The notes under the pieces were generated by a model, which saw only the letters and a program-made list of their open reading frames with translations, was not told where the DNA came from and did no database searches. A DNA stretch of 64,000 nucleotides from Escherichia phage DT571/2. A program made the translations under genes and the position numbers. Of this stretch, positions 1 to 8,977 are shown piece after piece. The stretch's first letter is position 1. Every line of letters starts with the position of its first letter. The stretch lies in the sequence record NC_047749.1. One strand, written 5' to 3'.

Positions 1-779
1 TCTTAAACAGACTGAAGAAAGTTAAGGCTAAACAAGCCCCTATTCTTTATATGCACGGTGGTTTTGGTGTACGTTTAGATGGGGAAGAGTATGTATGGCC
101 TATTTTTGAAGGTAGATCCTCTGTATCTCTTGGGTATATTGGGGTCTATGAGATGTGTCAAATAATGTTTAGTTTACCACAGACTCATAGGGACTGTATT
201 GAATTTACAGAGGAGGTTCTCACTCACCTAAAAAATCGTTGCGAAGTTAAAGCTAATGAGACTAATCTTGGGTTTAGCTTGTATGCAACTCCTAGTGAGT
301 CTCTATGTAATCGCTTTAATAAACTACTGGAACGTAGGTTCCCTGAGTATTCTTGGCTAACAGATAAAGGTTATCTCACTAATAGTCATCATTTGGACGT
401 AAGGGAGAAGGTAGCTCCAGATACTAAATTTGAGTATGAAGCTCATTTCACCAAAATAGCTAATGGTGGTAATATATCATTTGTGGAACTACCACAAATG
501 AAAAAGTTCCATAAAGCTCTTGAATACGTAGTAGATAAGGGACTAGAATGTAGCCATTATATTGGTGTTAATATACCGATTGATGAGTGCTTCAACTGTG
601 GGTATATGGGTGAATCTGTTGCCTCTGAACGTGGGTTTGTATGTCCGAGTTGTGGATCTGAAGAAATAGAGGTTACACGTAGGGTTTGCGGGTACCTGGG
701 GTCCCCGGGCAGTAGGCCTTTCAATTCTGGGAAACAAAAAGAAGTGCTTGGTAGAGTAAAACACTTAAATCTTAAGTAA
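1..779 (+). CDS. nrdD: Anaerobic ribonucleoside-triphosphate reductase (class III, NrdD), C-terminal part; 5'-truncated by window edge
   Basis: Frame is open from window start to first ATG at 51. C-terminus has CxxC...CxxC zinc-ribbon (CFNCGYMG...CPSCGS) followed by glycyl-radical motif RVCGYLGSP, as in NrdD. Confidence 0.7.
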   Translation, partial: LNRLKKVKAKQAPILYMHGGFGVRLDGEEYVWPIFEGRSSVSLGYIGVYEMCQIMFSLPQTHRDCIEFTEEVLTHLKNRCEVKANETNLGFSLYATPSESLCNRFNKLLERRFPEYSWLTDKGYLTNSHHLDVREKVAPDTKFEYEAHFTKIANGGNISFVELPQMKKFHKALEYVVDKGLECSHYIGVNIPIDECFNCGYMGESVASERGFVCPSCGSEEIEVTRRVCGYLGSPGSRPFNSGKQKEVLGRVKHLNLK

Positions 780-786
780 GCTAATC

Positions 787-819
787 AGCCAGGTTGCTAG
801 TCGACCTGGCTTTTATTTT
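787..819 (+). terminator. Rho-independent terminator after nrdD
   Basis: 8-bp stem agccaggt/acctggct with 9-nt loop, followed by ttttatttt. Confidence 0.6.
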
Positions 820-821
820 AT

Positions 822-850
822 TTGCTTTCAGCCAAAAATTTATATATAAT
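822..850 (+). promoter_or_regulatory. T5-type sigma70 promoter (-35 TTGCTT, 17-bp spacer, -10 TATAAT)
   Basis: ttgctt 822-827, tataat 845-850, then conserved leader agatttgtaaatttgagaggag containing the RBS for the ORF at 879. Confidence 0.65.
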
Positions 851-878
851 AGATTTGTAAATTTGAGAGGAGAAAGCT

Positions 879-1091
879 ATGAGGATTCATAAGGTAGATA
901 AAGATCGTATCTATTTTGTTATGGACTCCGGAGCATATGGATCTATTCTAAGAGAAGATGTTACTAAATTTTGCTTAATAAATACTTGGATGGATAAGGA
1001 GAAGATTGACCCTAGATCAGGCATATGCTTATCGGAACCAGCTCTTTTAATTGCAAATGCAGAAATTGAATTGTTTGAGGACATAGAATGA
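879..1091 (+). CDS. Hypothetical protein (70 aa)
   Basis: ORF directly downstream of promoter with RBS gagaggag; no recognisable motifs. Confidence 0.45.
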   Translation: MRIHKVDKDRIYFVMDSGAYGSILREDVTKFCLINTWMDKEKIDPRSGICLSEPALLIANAEIELFEDIE

Positions 1092-1318
1092 AAAACGTAA
1101 AACACCTTAAATATCGCTTAATTTATAACGGACGTATGGAAACAGAAGAGCTAGCTCAATTAGCTATTAACTCTAATGAGGTTATGGTGCGTGCGCTAGC
1201 AATTGAAAAGTTGCGTGCTTCTTATGAAAGCCGTATTATGCGGCTGGAGGAAACCCTTTATGGACTTCTTGAATCAGAAGCTAGAAGCAACCCAGAGGAC
1301 AGGCCTACTAAGCAATAG
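1088..1318 (+). CDS. Hypothetical protein (76 aa)
   Basis: ATGA start/stop overlap with the preceding ORF suggests translational coupling. Confidence 0.4.
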   Translation: MKNVKHLKYRLIYNGRMETEELAQLAINSNEVMVRALAIEKLRASYESRIMRLEETLYGLLESEARSNPEDRPTKQ

Positions 1319-1386
1319 AAGGTATGTATATAGGGAGTAATTTTACCTCAAAACATTATCGAAGGATTTAAGTGAGGAATTGTACA

Positions 1387-2211
1387 GTGCGTAGATTAAT
1401 TATTATTAGCGGTGCAGGTTTGAGTGTTGAAAGTGGTGTACGAGCCTTCCGTACTGATACTGCTAGTGGTAAAGCATTGTGGGATGATTATGATCTAGAA
1501 GAAGTATGTAATATTCATGCCTTTCGGGGTAATTTTTACCATAAAACCCACACGTTTTACAACAAACGTCGTGAAGAGTTAGAAACTGTTGAACCCAATC
1601 TTGCACACTTGCGTATTGGTGAATGGTATAAGAAATACCCAGGTCAAGTAGTAAACTTGACTACTAACGTTGATGATCTTATTGAGCGTGCTGGCGTTCC
1701 ACATAGTGACATTCTGCACATTCATGGATACTTAAAGGAGGTTGTTGTAGCTGATAGCTACAACAGTAGTAATAAACGAATTATTGATGTTGGGTATAAC
1801 TCTATTGACCCAGATGATTATAAATGGGTTAAACCTAATGTAGTCTTCTTTGGTGAGCATGCTCCAGCGTACGCAGAAATGTATAATATTTTTGATGGTA
1901 TTACCAGTCAAGATATGATCATTATGGTTGGTTGCTCTAACCAAGTAATTAACTTCTACTGGGAATTATTCCCTGTTCTTAATCTGACTGCTGCAAAACT
2001 TATGGTGGTTAACTACTACGATAGTGCTCTAGCGGTGGGACCAGGCTATCAAGGTATGACTCGTAGTGAGATGTACCAACTGGAAGAACGGGGTATTCCT
2101 TACTGGGGTAAAGGTGCGGTAGATGCTTTCAGTGACCCTGATTTTATTGCTCGTGTGGAAGCCCATCTAGAGGGTAGACCTTATATGCCGGGAAAACAGA
2201 TATGTCCATAG
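1387..2211 (+). CDS. Sir2-like (sirtuin-fold) NAD-binding protein lacking the Zn-ribbon
   Basis: N-terminal GAGLSVESGVRAFR matches the sirtuin GAGIS.ESGIP.FR motif; TTNVDDL resembles TQNIDGLH; IHGYL is the HG catalytic-His motif; no CxxC pairs. Start placed at GTG 1387 (SD gagga, 8-nt spacer); ORF track start is 1372. Confidence 0.6.
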   Translation: MRRLIIISGAGLSVESGVRAFRTDTASGKALWDDYDLEEVCNIHAFRGNFYHKTHTFYNKRREELETVEPNLAHLRIGEWYKKYPGQVVNLTTNVDDLIERAGVPHSDILHIHGYLKEVVVADSYNSSNKRIIDVGYNSIDPDDYKWVKPNVVFFGEHAPAYAEMYNIFDGITSQDMIIMVGCSNQVINFYWELFPVLNLTAAKLMVVNYYDSALAVGPGYQGMTRSEMYQLEERGIPYWGKGAVDAFSDPDFIARVEAHLEGRPYMPGKQICP

Positions 2212-2384
2212 TTAAATCTGTGTATACACATCCCGATGATATATTTGTATGGGCGGATGGTAGTTGGTGTTATCGATGTGAGTTATGGGAAATGGACTAT
2301 AAATCCGATGACTATGGTGTCATATATGTTGATACGGTTGAGTATGATATGTTCTTAGAAAGGAACAAAAATGGAAATAAGTAA
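2202..2384 (+). CDS. Hypothetical protein (60 aa)
   Basis: Small ORF overlapping neighbours at both ends; no motifs. Confidence 0.3.
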   Translation: MSIVKSVYTHPDDIFVWADGSWCYRCELWEMDYKSDDYGVIYVDTVEYDMFLERNKNGNK

Positions 2385-2877
2385 TACTCCAATTATTTTT
2401 CTAGACATTGATGGGGTGCTCAACTCGAGCATCTCCCATCACCATGCACCTGATGATGAAAAGATTTTCTTTGGAAGTGACTGGGTTTTTAAACCGCTTC
2501 TCAAGGCTTTTCAGGACTTTATTCGTCCTTCTCCAATAATGATTGTTGGGGTATCTTCATGGTTCTCTGTCAGGAATGAGGTGGAGAACGTTCAGATTAT
2601 GACCAGATTAGATCTTATCGATCGTTTTCTTGGTATAACGGATTTTACTGGTGGTGGGCTATCTAGGGGTAATTCTGTTCTTCGCTTCGTCGAAAAGCAT
2701 AAGCTCAAACATTGGTGTGTGCTGGATGATGCTGGTGCTATGATGTATCAGTATCCAACAGTTATAGTCAACGGTAGAACTGGAATAAATCTTCAAGACT
2801 TAAGAGCTGTTAGCTATATGTTAGAATTTAGTCCAGATCTTGAAATGTGTAAAGCCCTACAACAATTTAAGGTGTAA
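2371..2877 (+). CDS. HAD-superfamily hydrolase-like protein
   Basis: N-terminal FLDIDGVLN matches HAD motif I (DxDGT/V). Confidence 0.5.
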   Translation: MEISNTPIIFLDIDGVLNSSISHHHAPDDEKIFFGSDWVFKPLLKAFQDFIRPSPIMIVGVSSWFSVRNEVENVQIMTRLDLIDRFLGITDFTGGGLSRGNSVLRFVEKHKLKHWCVLDDAGAMMYQYPTVIVNGRTGINLQDLRAVSYMLEFSPDLEMCKALQQFKV

Positions 2878-2879
2878 AT

Positions 2880-3308
2880 ATGTTCAATAATGTATTCTCT
2901 AAAGAAGCTAACCCAATATTGGTTAATTTTTGGCGTACTCTTCCAGCCAACCTGTACAATGAGGCTATTAATGCTCTGAAAATATGGTGTGAGAATAATG
3001 AAATCTCCTTTGCTTTTAAGGATGAGATTGAAGAAGCTCCCTGTATTGGTTTAATTGTGCAGGTAGAGGATGGCTTTGAAGAGATTATCGGATGGAAAGA
3101 GCTGGATGAAATGGGATTGGTTTTTGCATTAAACTATAAGCTATTTATGCCCAATAAACACCGTATTGTTGTTAATTATAAAACCAGTGAATCTCCGGGC
3201 TTTCAAGTTAATGAACATTACGGTTGGTCTTACTCACCGGAAGAAGTAAATGATGGTATCCAAAGACTTCGTCGTTTTGGTTATCAAATTCCGGGTTTAA
3301 CCGCCTAA
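2880..3308 (+). CDS. Hypothetical protein, paralog A (142 aa)
   Basis: Shares C(I/V)G...(W/D)(K/N)EL(D/S)(E/A)MGL(V/I)(F/V)ALN(Y/F)(K/S)LF(M/H)P...(I/V)PGL with the next ORF. Confidence 0.5.
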   Translation: MFNNVFSKEANPILVNFWRTLPANLYNEAINALKIWCENNEISFAFKDEIEEAPCIGLIVQVEDGFEEIIGWKELDEMGLVFALNYKLFMPNKHRIVVNYKTSESPGFQVNEHYGWSYSPEEVNDGIQRLRRFGYQIPGLTA

Positions 3309-3317
3309 GGGGACACA

Positions 3318-3710
3318 ATGGAACAAGTATATTGGCGTCAGATTGATCCTAGTTTGGTGAAGAGTGCGGAGAAGCTGCTACAACGTTGGTTGGGGGTAAG
3401 ACAAGCCTCCTTCACTTTTCCGGAGCAGCAAATAGACGATCCCTGTGTTGGTGTTTTCCTATCAGGCTACGCTAGGGAAGTGGAATTGGATTGGAATGAA
3501 TTGTCTGCTATGGGTTTAATTGTTGCACTAAATTTCTCTTTGTTCCATCCACGTGGGTTGGCAATATGTCGTGTGCCTGATGACGGTTGTTCGCCCCATC
3601 TTTTACAGGTGGAAGATGATATTTGGGAGTACCCTCCAGATATTCTCAAAGAAGCTAAAGAACAATTAAATCGTGTTGGGATTTATGTTCCAGGCCTGAA
3701 TGATGAATGA
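3318..3710 (+). CDS. Hypothetical protein, paralog B (130 aa)
   Basis: Tandem paralog of 2880-3308 (same motif block and same C-terminal PGL ending). Confidence 0.5.
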   Translation: MEQVYWRQIDPSLVKSAEKLLQRWLGVRQASFTFPEQQIDDPCVGVFLSGYAREVELDWNELSAMGLIVALNFSLFHPRGLAICRVPDDGCSPHLLQVEDDIWEYPPDILKEAKEQLNRVGIYVPGLNDE

Positions 3711-3801
3711 TTTTTATTAGCTGAACTCTGATTACCGAGTCATTTTGGCTCGGTTTTCTCTATGCTCAAAGACACTGGTAGCAGCCCCTGGAAAAATTTA
3801 C

Positions 3802-3830
3802 TTGCTTGATGCTCAAAATCTTGATATAAT
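3802..3830 (+). promoter_or_regulatory. T5-type sigma70 promoter firing into a ~0.6-kb non-coding stretch
   Basis: ttgctt 3802-3807, 17-bp spacer, tataat 3825-3830, leader atttatattgaattgagagac; no ORF of 60 aa or more on + until 4425. Confidence 0.55.
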
Positions 3831-4424
3831 ATTTATATTGAATTGAGAGACATTAGTAAAAATTGATTTTGCTAATTTTTCTTAGTGAAGCTGACAAGGG
3901 ATTTACGGCGAGAGGAATCGATGACCCGTAAATAGCTGCATAAGGTACGTTGCTAGAGCTTTACGAAAAAGTTTTTTCTTGTTTACAATCCGCGATACGG
4001 AACAGTTAGGCTGCCCCATTAAGGGTTGTTTTAACTATTACTAGTGTTTATATTGCATTAGTTAACCTTCAATTAAGTGATCTGTGTACCCTGAATTCGG
4101 AAAGGTAAATCCAAACCGTGCATATTTAGCTCGTTATATAGGCAGAGCTTTATATGGGGGTGCGAACGAAAAGAGCAGCGAATGGCGGCACGTACAGTAG
4201 TCACCTACCAATAGGATAGTGAGGACAAGTAGAATCGGCTTAGCGGCCAATGACCTAGGTTCTATTCTGTATAAGAGCGAAGAGAGCACAGCACTGAGAT
4301 ATGATAACTTATTCATATTGTTTGATGATAATTGATGTTTACGTAAATAGTAGTAATAGTTGTTCTATTCTTTCTGAATAGTCCTAAAGAAAAGATTTCG
4401 ATTAACCAACACAGGAGTATTATT

Positions 4425-7214
4425 GTGTTTTCTATCCTCCAAGGTCACGCCGGGTTTTCTCGTGATTTAGCAACAGGTATTTGGCGAGAAATCAAAGCGG
4501 GAGATTATACCTTTGCCAAGCGATTCTCGAAAGAGCATCCAGAAGGTAAACCAGCTTCTATGCCCTTCAAATTTGATGTAATAGAAGAGCACGACCCACA
4601 AAGCCTTGCAGAAATGTTACCACTTATGAGACGTTTAACGTCTGACCCTCATATCGTTGCGGTACGAGGTCGATGTCTTGCACCTAAAAATAATGTGCGA
4701 CGTAAGAAAGATAACTTTAATGTATCTAATCCTAGTAATATTATTGCTATGGACGTGGATGGTATCCTAGATACCGGTGGGTACGACAAATTTAATCTTG
4801 TTGGTATGGCCCGCCACATTATTAAGATGTTGAATAGTATTAGTGAGGATATGTTTCCTCTTGATGCAGGCTTTATAGCTCATGCATCATCTTCGGCTGG
4901 GCTAAAACCAGGTATCCGAATGCACTTAATACTAGAATCTAACGTCAAGGTAACTCAGGGTCAGCTAAAGTTCTTATTTACATCTATCAATGATAGTAGT
5001 AAGCAAAAATTTGGTTTTGATATTGCCGACCTAGCTTATTACTCATCTGTCCAGCTCCACTATTTTGCCGACCCCTTATTTAGCGATGGTATTGTTGATC
5101 CGTTTAAAGCGGAGAGTAAGCCACGTCTGGTGTATGTTAAAGGCTCAAAAGTAAACTTACCTAATAATCTAGTTGACTATGAAACAACTAGAGGAGAGTT
5201 TAAAGAGGAATTCTACTCTTTACTCGATCAAATTAAAGGCAAAAAGATTGCTTCTGATAAAGTAGAAGAAACCATCAGCGAGTTAGAAGAGGCTGATGAT
5301 GGAGTGTACTTGCGTATTATCCCCAAACTATACCATAGAGCATTAGAGGATGGTGTTGATTTTGAATGGCTAGAACGTGAGATTAAACCAGCTTTATCTG
5401 AATATATTGCAACTAAAGATAACAGTCGTAATATTCAAGATTACTTTAATAACGGTCGCAAGCAGGCTCTCAAAGCGTTTGTTAATAATTCTAAACGTGA
5501 GATTCCACCAAATCTGAAAGGTGTTCCACTTAAGAAATTAGAAGTGGATTCTCCACCAGAAGTTCCGTACCTGAAGATTAACATTGTGCCCCCAAAAGGT
5601 CATATAACATTTGTTAAGGCAAGTCTTGGTACGGGTAAAACTACGGCAGTAACTAAATGGCTGGACGCAGGTGTTCTTCCGGGCAACTTTTTAGCAGTTA
5701 CAAATACTAGAGCACTGGTATCTTCAAATGCCAAGAAATTTAGTGCAGGACAATACGATAAGTCTGTAGATATGCTCAACTTTAAACGTGGGGCTATTGA
5801 TCGTATGTCCACAACTATTCACTCTTTGCATAAGTTCAAAAGTTTTATTGGGCAAATAGACACCATTTTTATTGATGAATGTGACGCTGTAATGAATGAC
5901 CTATTATTCGCCCCTGTTGTTAAACAACGTCGCGAGTGTATTCAAGTTCTACGTGACATCCTCATGACAGCTAAGACTGTAATCTTATCCGATGGTGATA
6001 TTAGTGCGGAAACAATTGAAGCATATGGTTCTTTGATTGAGTTCGATAAACCAGTTGCATTTTACAATCACCACCGTAAAATGTTATCAAAGGCTCATGC
6101 TTATGAATTCCCTGATGAATCCAGTATTTGGGTTGCACTTCAGACTTCTCTAGAGATGGGTGAGAAATCTATTCTAGTATCTGATTGTGGTCCTGATGAG
6201 CTGAATGAGAAGGGTATGGCACTACGTCGTAATACTGGTGCATTAGTTAAAGAAATCCATTCAAACTCCACTTCAGATGTGGATATTCGACGTATTCTGG
6301 ATTATACAACTAATGAGCTAATTGATCAACAAATTGATTGCTTATTATGTAGTCCATCCGTAACGAGTGGAGTTGACTTTAACTATTTTGATAACGTATT
6401 TGTTATTACTAGAACCAGTAATCAGGCGCCAAACATGCGTTTTCAAGCAATCAGGCGCGACCGTGGTGCTCAGAATATCTATTATTTTATTGATAAATCC
6501 ACTAGTGGATTCTCTGCGGGTTCTGAACAATATAATATCGATGAAGGTTGGCTGGAGTTAGCACAGCAATTATATGCACGTCGCAGGGAGCTGGAGTCTA
6601 GGAACTATACTAGTACTTTACGTTATTACTTGCTTGATCAGGGTGCAACTATTGATATTTTCAGTGAAAGCTGGGGAACTATTGAAGGTGCTGGTAAAGA
6701 ATACACAGAAGAGCGAATCAAAGCTATTCTACATTCAACTCCTGATTATTGTGCTCCACGTCATGCGGATGCGTATGAGGCTAAACTACTTATTGTTCGC
6801 TATTATCATCTTGAGTCTATTAAAGATGTAACAGTTGAGCATGTTGAACAATATATCAAAGATAAGCCGAATGATCGAGCTGCATTCTTCCATAAGATGC
6901 ACGAGATGTTCTGGGAAGATATTAAGAAGTGTTCAAATGTGACCATTAAACCATTCATAGAAGCTCTGAAAGGTAAGAAGAAAGATTTCTTCCTTAAAAC
7001 AGGTCAGAGTGCTAACCCAAAATATGCTAGAATGTATCTTGGTATGATGGGTATTGGTAAAGATATGAACACGGAGAATATCGTAGACTGGTATAGAACC
7101 TACTGCAAAATCGAATGTATGCCAATCCCTCTCAAATTCATGACTGAAGAAGAGAAGGCTATGGCAGAAGAAGCAATGTCAGAACTAGGTGCTAGAAATG
7201 ACAGTGAAGAATAA
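4425..7214 (+). CDS. 929-aa Walker A/B ATPase-helicase, putative replication initiator/origin-binding-type protein
   Basis: GTG start with SD acaggag 7 nt upstream; Walker A SLGTGKTT and Walker B FIDECD in the C-terminal half; N-terminal half has DVDG (DxD) and GIRMH motifs compatible with a primase-polymerase-like domain. Confidence 0.6.
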   Translation: MFSILQGHAGFSRDLATGIWREIKAGDYTFAKRFSKEHPEGKPASMPFKFDVIEEHDPQSLAEMLPLMRRLTSDPHIVAVRGRCLAPKNNVRRKKDNFNVSNPSNIIAMDVDGILDTGGYDKFNLVGMARHIIKMLNSISEDMFPLDAGFIAHASSSAGLKPGIRMHLILESNVKVTQGQLKFLFTSINDSSKQKFGFDIADLAYYSSVQLHYFADPLFSDGIVDPFKAESKPRLVYVKGSKVNLPNNLVDYETTRGEFKEEFYSLLDQIKGKKIASDKVEETISELEEADDGVYLRIIPKLYHRALEDGVDFEWLEREIKPALSEYIATKDNSRNIQDYFNNGRKQALKAFVNNSKREIPPNLKGVPLKKLEVDSPPEVPYLKINIVPPKGHITFVKASLGTGKTTAVTKWLDAGVLPGNFLAVTNTRALVSSNAKKFSAGQYDKSVDMLNFKRGAIDRMSTTIHSLHKFKSFIGQIDTIFIDECDAVMNDLLFAPVVKQRRECIQVLRDILMTAKTVILSDGDISAETIEAYGSLIEFDKPVAFYNHHRKMLSKAHAYEFPDESSIWVALQTSLEMGEKSILVSDCGPDELNEKGMALRRNTGALVKEIHSNSTSDVDIRRILDYTTNELIDQQIDCLLCSPSVTSGVDFNYFDNVFVITRTSNQAPNMRFQAIRRDRGAQNIYYFIDKSTSGFSAGSEQYNIDEGWLELAQQLYARRRELESRNYTSTLRYYLLDQGATIDIFSESWGTIEGAGKEYTEERIKAILHSTPDYCAPRHADAYEAKLLIVRYYHLESIKDVTVEHVEQYIKDKPNDRAAFFHKMHEMFWEDIKKCSNVTIKPFIEALKGKKKDFFLKTGQSANPKYARMYLGMMGIGKDMNTENIVDWYRTYCKIECMPIPLKFMTEEEKAMAEEAMSELGARNDSEE

Positions 7215-7431
7215 AAAATGGGAAACAAGGAAGTTTCCAGTAAAAGAACGTAAAGTTCCTGTTTATGATACTTCGGAGAAGCTATGTAGGGTGGTTCCTG
7301 CTAGACTAGCAGGTATCCCTAACATATCCGAGTGGTTACTTAAACAACGGAGGACTAGCGTATCCCTTCGCATAGGGTTTGAGTTGGATAAAGTATATGC
7401 TGAACTTTCTTCTTTGCTCAAGGAATCATAA
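7189..7431 (+). CDS. Hypothetical protein (80 aa)
   Basis: ORF overlaps the end of the 929-aa gene; basic; weak support. Confidence 0.3.
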   Translation: MLEMTVKNKKWETRKFPVKERKVPVYDTSEKLCRVVPARLAGIPNISEWLLKQRRTSVSLRIGFELDKVYAELSSLLKES

Positions 7432-7440
7432 AAAATTTAC

Positions 7441-7469
7441 TTGCATAGTTCAAAAAATTTCTGTATAAT
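7441..7469 (+). promoter_or_regulatory. T5-type strong early promoter (PN25-like)
   Basis: A-rich upstream tcataaaaaatttac, -35 ttgcat 7441-7446, 17-bp spacer, -10 tataat 7464-7469, leader agattcataaatttgagagaggag; near-identical to the T5 PN25 promoter as I recall it. Confidence 0.8.
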
Positions 7470-7500
7470 AGATTCATAAATTTGAGAGAGGAGTTTAAAT

Positions 7501-8205
7501 ATGGCTGGTTCTCGCAGAAAGAAACATATCCATGAAATCCCGGATGAAGTCTTTAAAAAAGTTATAGAGCATCTGGAGAACGGTGGTACTAAGAAAGCAG
7601 CATGTGAGATGCTCGGCGTATCATCCAATCCGACTATGGAAAGGATGATAGAAGAGTGGCAAGATCGCCAAATTCAAGTTGCCGAGATGAAGAAAAAGAA
7701 ACGTGGTACACTCATTGAAGGCATCGAGTTAGCTAACGTTATTGAACAGTATTTATCCGGTGATTCTTTTGAAGAGATTGCCGATCGTAATTATCGCTCT
7801 GTAGCAATGGTTAAATCTGTTCTGGAACGATATGGTGCTCTACTTCGTTTGAACGATATTGTAGACCCGTTGAATCCACCAATTATTCCTGATGATGCTG
7901 TAGCAGAAGAATTTGAAGTAGGTGAGCTAGTTTGGGTTCCTGGATACCAGTGTATCGGTGAAATCAAAAAAGCAATGGATAACCCTGTTGGTTGTTACCG
8001 TGTATGGCTTCTATCAGAAGGCAAACAACAGAATGTTCATTATATGAATTATGAATTAGCTTCTGTAAAGCATTTAGAAAAGCTAGGGGTTGACGTAAAA
8101 TCTCTGGGGTATAAATGGTCCCGGGAAGAAGTTATCACACTGATTAACGAAGCTGTTAAGGCTGCCTTGAAACTTGATAAAGAAAAAGGAAAACGCCGTG
8201 AGTAA
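7501..8205 (+). CDS. Putative DNA-binding transcription regulator with two HTH motifs
   Basis: HTH-like GTKKAACEMLGVS, and SFEEIADRNYRSVAMVKSVLERYG resembling sigma70 region-4 helices; immediately downstream of a strong promoter. Confidence 0.5.
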   Translation: MAGSRRKKHIHEIPDEVFKKVIEHLENGGTKKAACEMLGVSSNPTMERMIEEWQDRQIQVAEMKKKKRGTLIEGIELANVIEQYLSGDSFEEIADRNYRSVAMVKSVLERYGALLRLNDIVDPLNPPIIPDDAVAEEFEVGELVWVPGYQCIGEIKKAMDNPVGCYRVWLLSEGKQQNVHYMNYELASVKHLEKLGVDVKSLGYKWSREEVITLINEAVKAALKLDKEKGKRRE

Positions 8206-8449
8206 ACTAACTGATTTGCTTAAAGATGGGGAAGTAAAAACACTATATCGTAGAAGCTGGGATAACGATAATAACGGCTTAGTGTTACTAACTTTAGATG
8301 CTGACTCGGATGTAGCTACTCAACATACCTGGGTAGCGGGCAACTATCCATATAGCGAAGTTGTTTCATTAACAGTATGCGAAGCTGTTGCAGACGATTG
8401 GGAGATTGCCAGCATTGATGATATGCTCGCTGTTGGCCTGGTGGAGTAA
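8198..8449 (+). CDS. Hypothetical protein (~84 aa)
   Basis: GTG 8198 with SD aagga 7 nt upstream, in the same frame as track ORF 8174-8449. Confidence 0.4.
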   Translation: MSKLTDLLKDGEVKTLYRRSWDNDNNGLVLLTLDADSDVATQHTWVAGNYPYSEVVSLTVCEAVADDWEIASIDDMLAVGLVE

Positions 8450-8466
8450 CTACTTAAAAATTTCAG

Positions 8467-8495
8467 TTGCTTAATCCTACAATTCTTGATATAAT
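8467..8495 (+). promoter_or_regulatory. T5-type sigma70 promoter
   Basis: ttgctt 8467-8472, 17-bp spacer, tataat 8490-8495. Confidence 0.6.
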
Positions 8496-8552
8496 ATTCT
8501 CATAGTTTGAAAGAACTATTCTGTTTAATTCTTAATTAAGGAAATATAAAAT

Positions 8553-8963
8553 ATGACTACTCCAACTCAGTGGACTGATGAACTGTTCGAAAAAATGTCT
8601 TCCGAATACGTTGCTCGTATGGAGCAATTCCCAGAGGATGAACGTCCGAGTGTTAGCATGGAAATTGTTAGTGAAATTGCCCAGGAAAATGGTGTAACTC
8701 CGAACGGTTTTCGTATGAAGCTGACTAAAGCAGGTTTGTATATTAAGAAAGCTGCTGGCTCTGCTTCTAAATCTAGTGCATCTACTGGAGAAAAAGCTTC
8801 CGGTGGTTCTCGTACCTCCAAAGCCCAGGCTCATGCCGACCTTCGTTCAGCGTTCTCTGATGCTGGCTTAGCACCAGATTTTCTGGATGATGCAATTATC
8901 GACAAACTGACCGGTAAAGCGGCTGCTCATCTGGCAGAAGCAATCCGAGCTATCACTAAGTAA
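8553..8963 (+). CDS. Hypothetical protein (136 aa), Ala/Ser-rich C-terminal half
   Basis: RBS taaggaaatataaaat-ATG; no catalytic motifs. Confidence 0.5.
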   Translation: MTTPTQWTDELFEKMSSEYVARMEQFPEDERPSVSMEIVSEIAQENGVTPNGFRMKLTKAGLYIKKAAGSASKSSASTGEKASGGSRTSKAQAHADLRSAFSDAGLAPDFLDDAIIDKLTGKAAAHLAEAIRAITK

Positions 8964-8977
8964 TAGGGAGATTATAC

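Noticed and set aside
3831-4424. tRNA genes in the ORF-free region
   Set aside because: No T-arm (GTTCGAATC-like) or acceptor/anticodon stem pattern found by eye; cannot exclude without a covariance-model scan.
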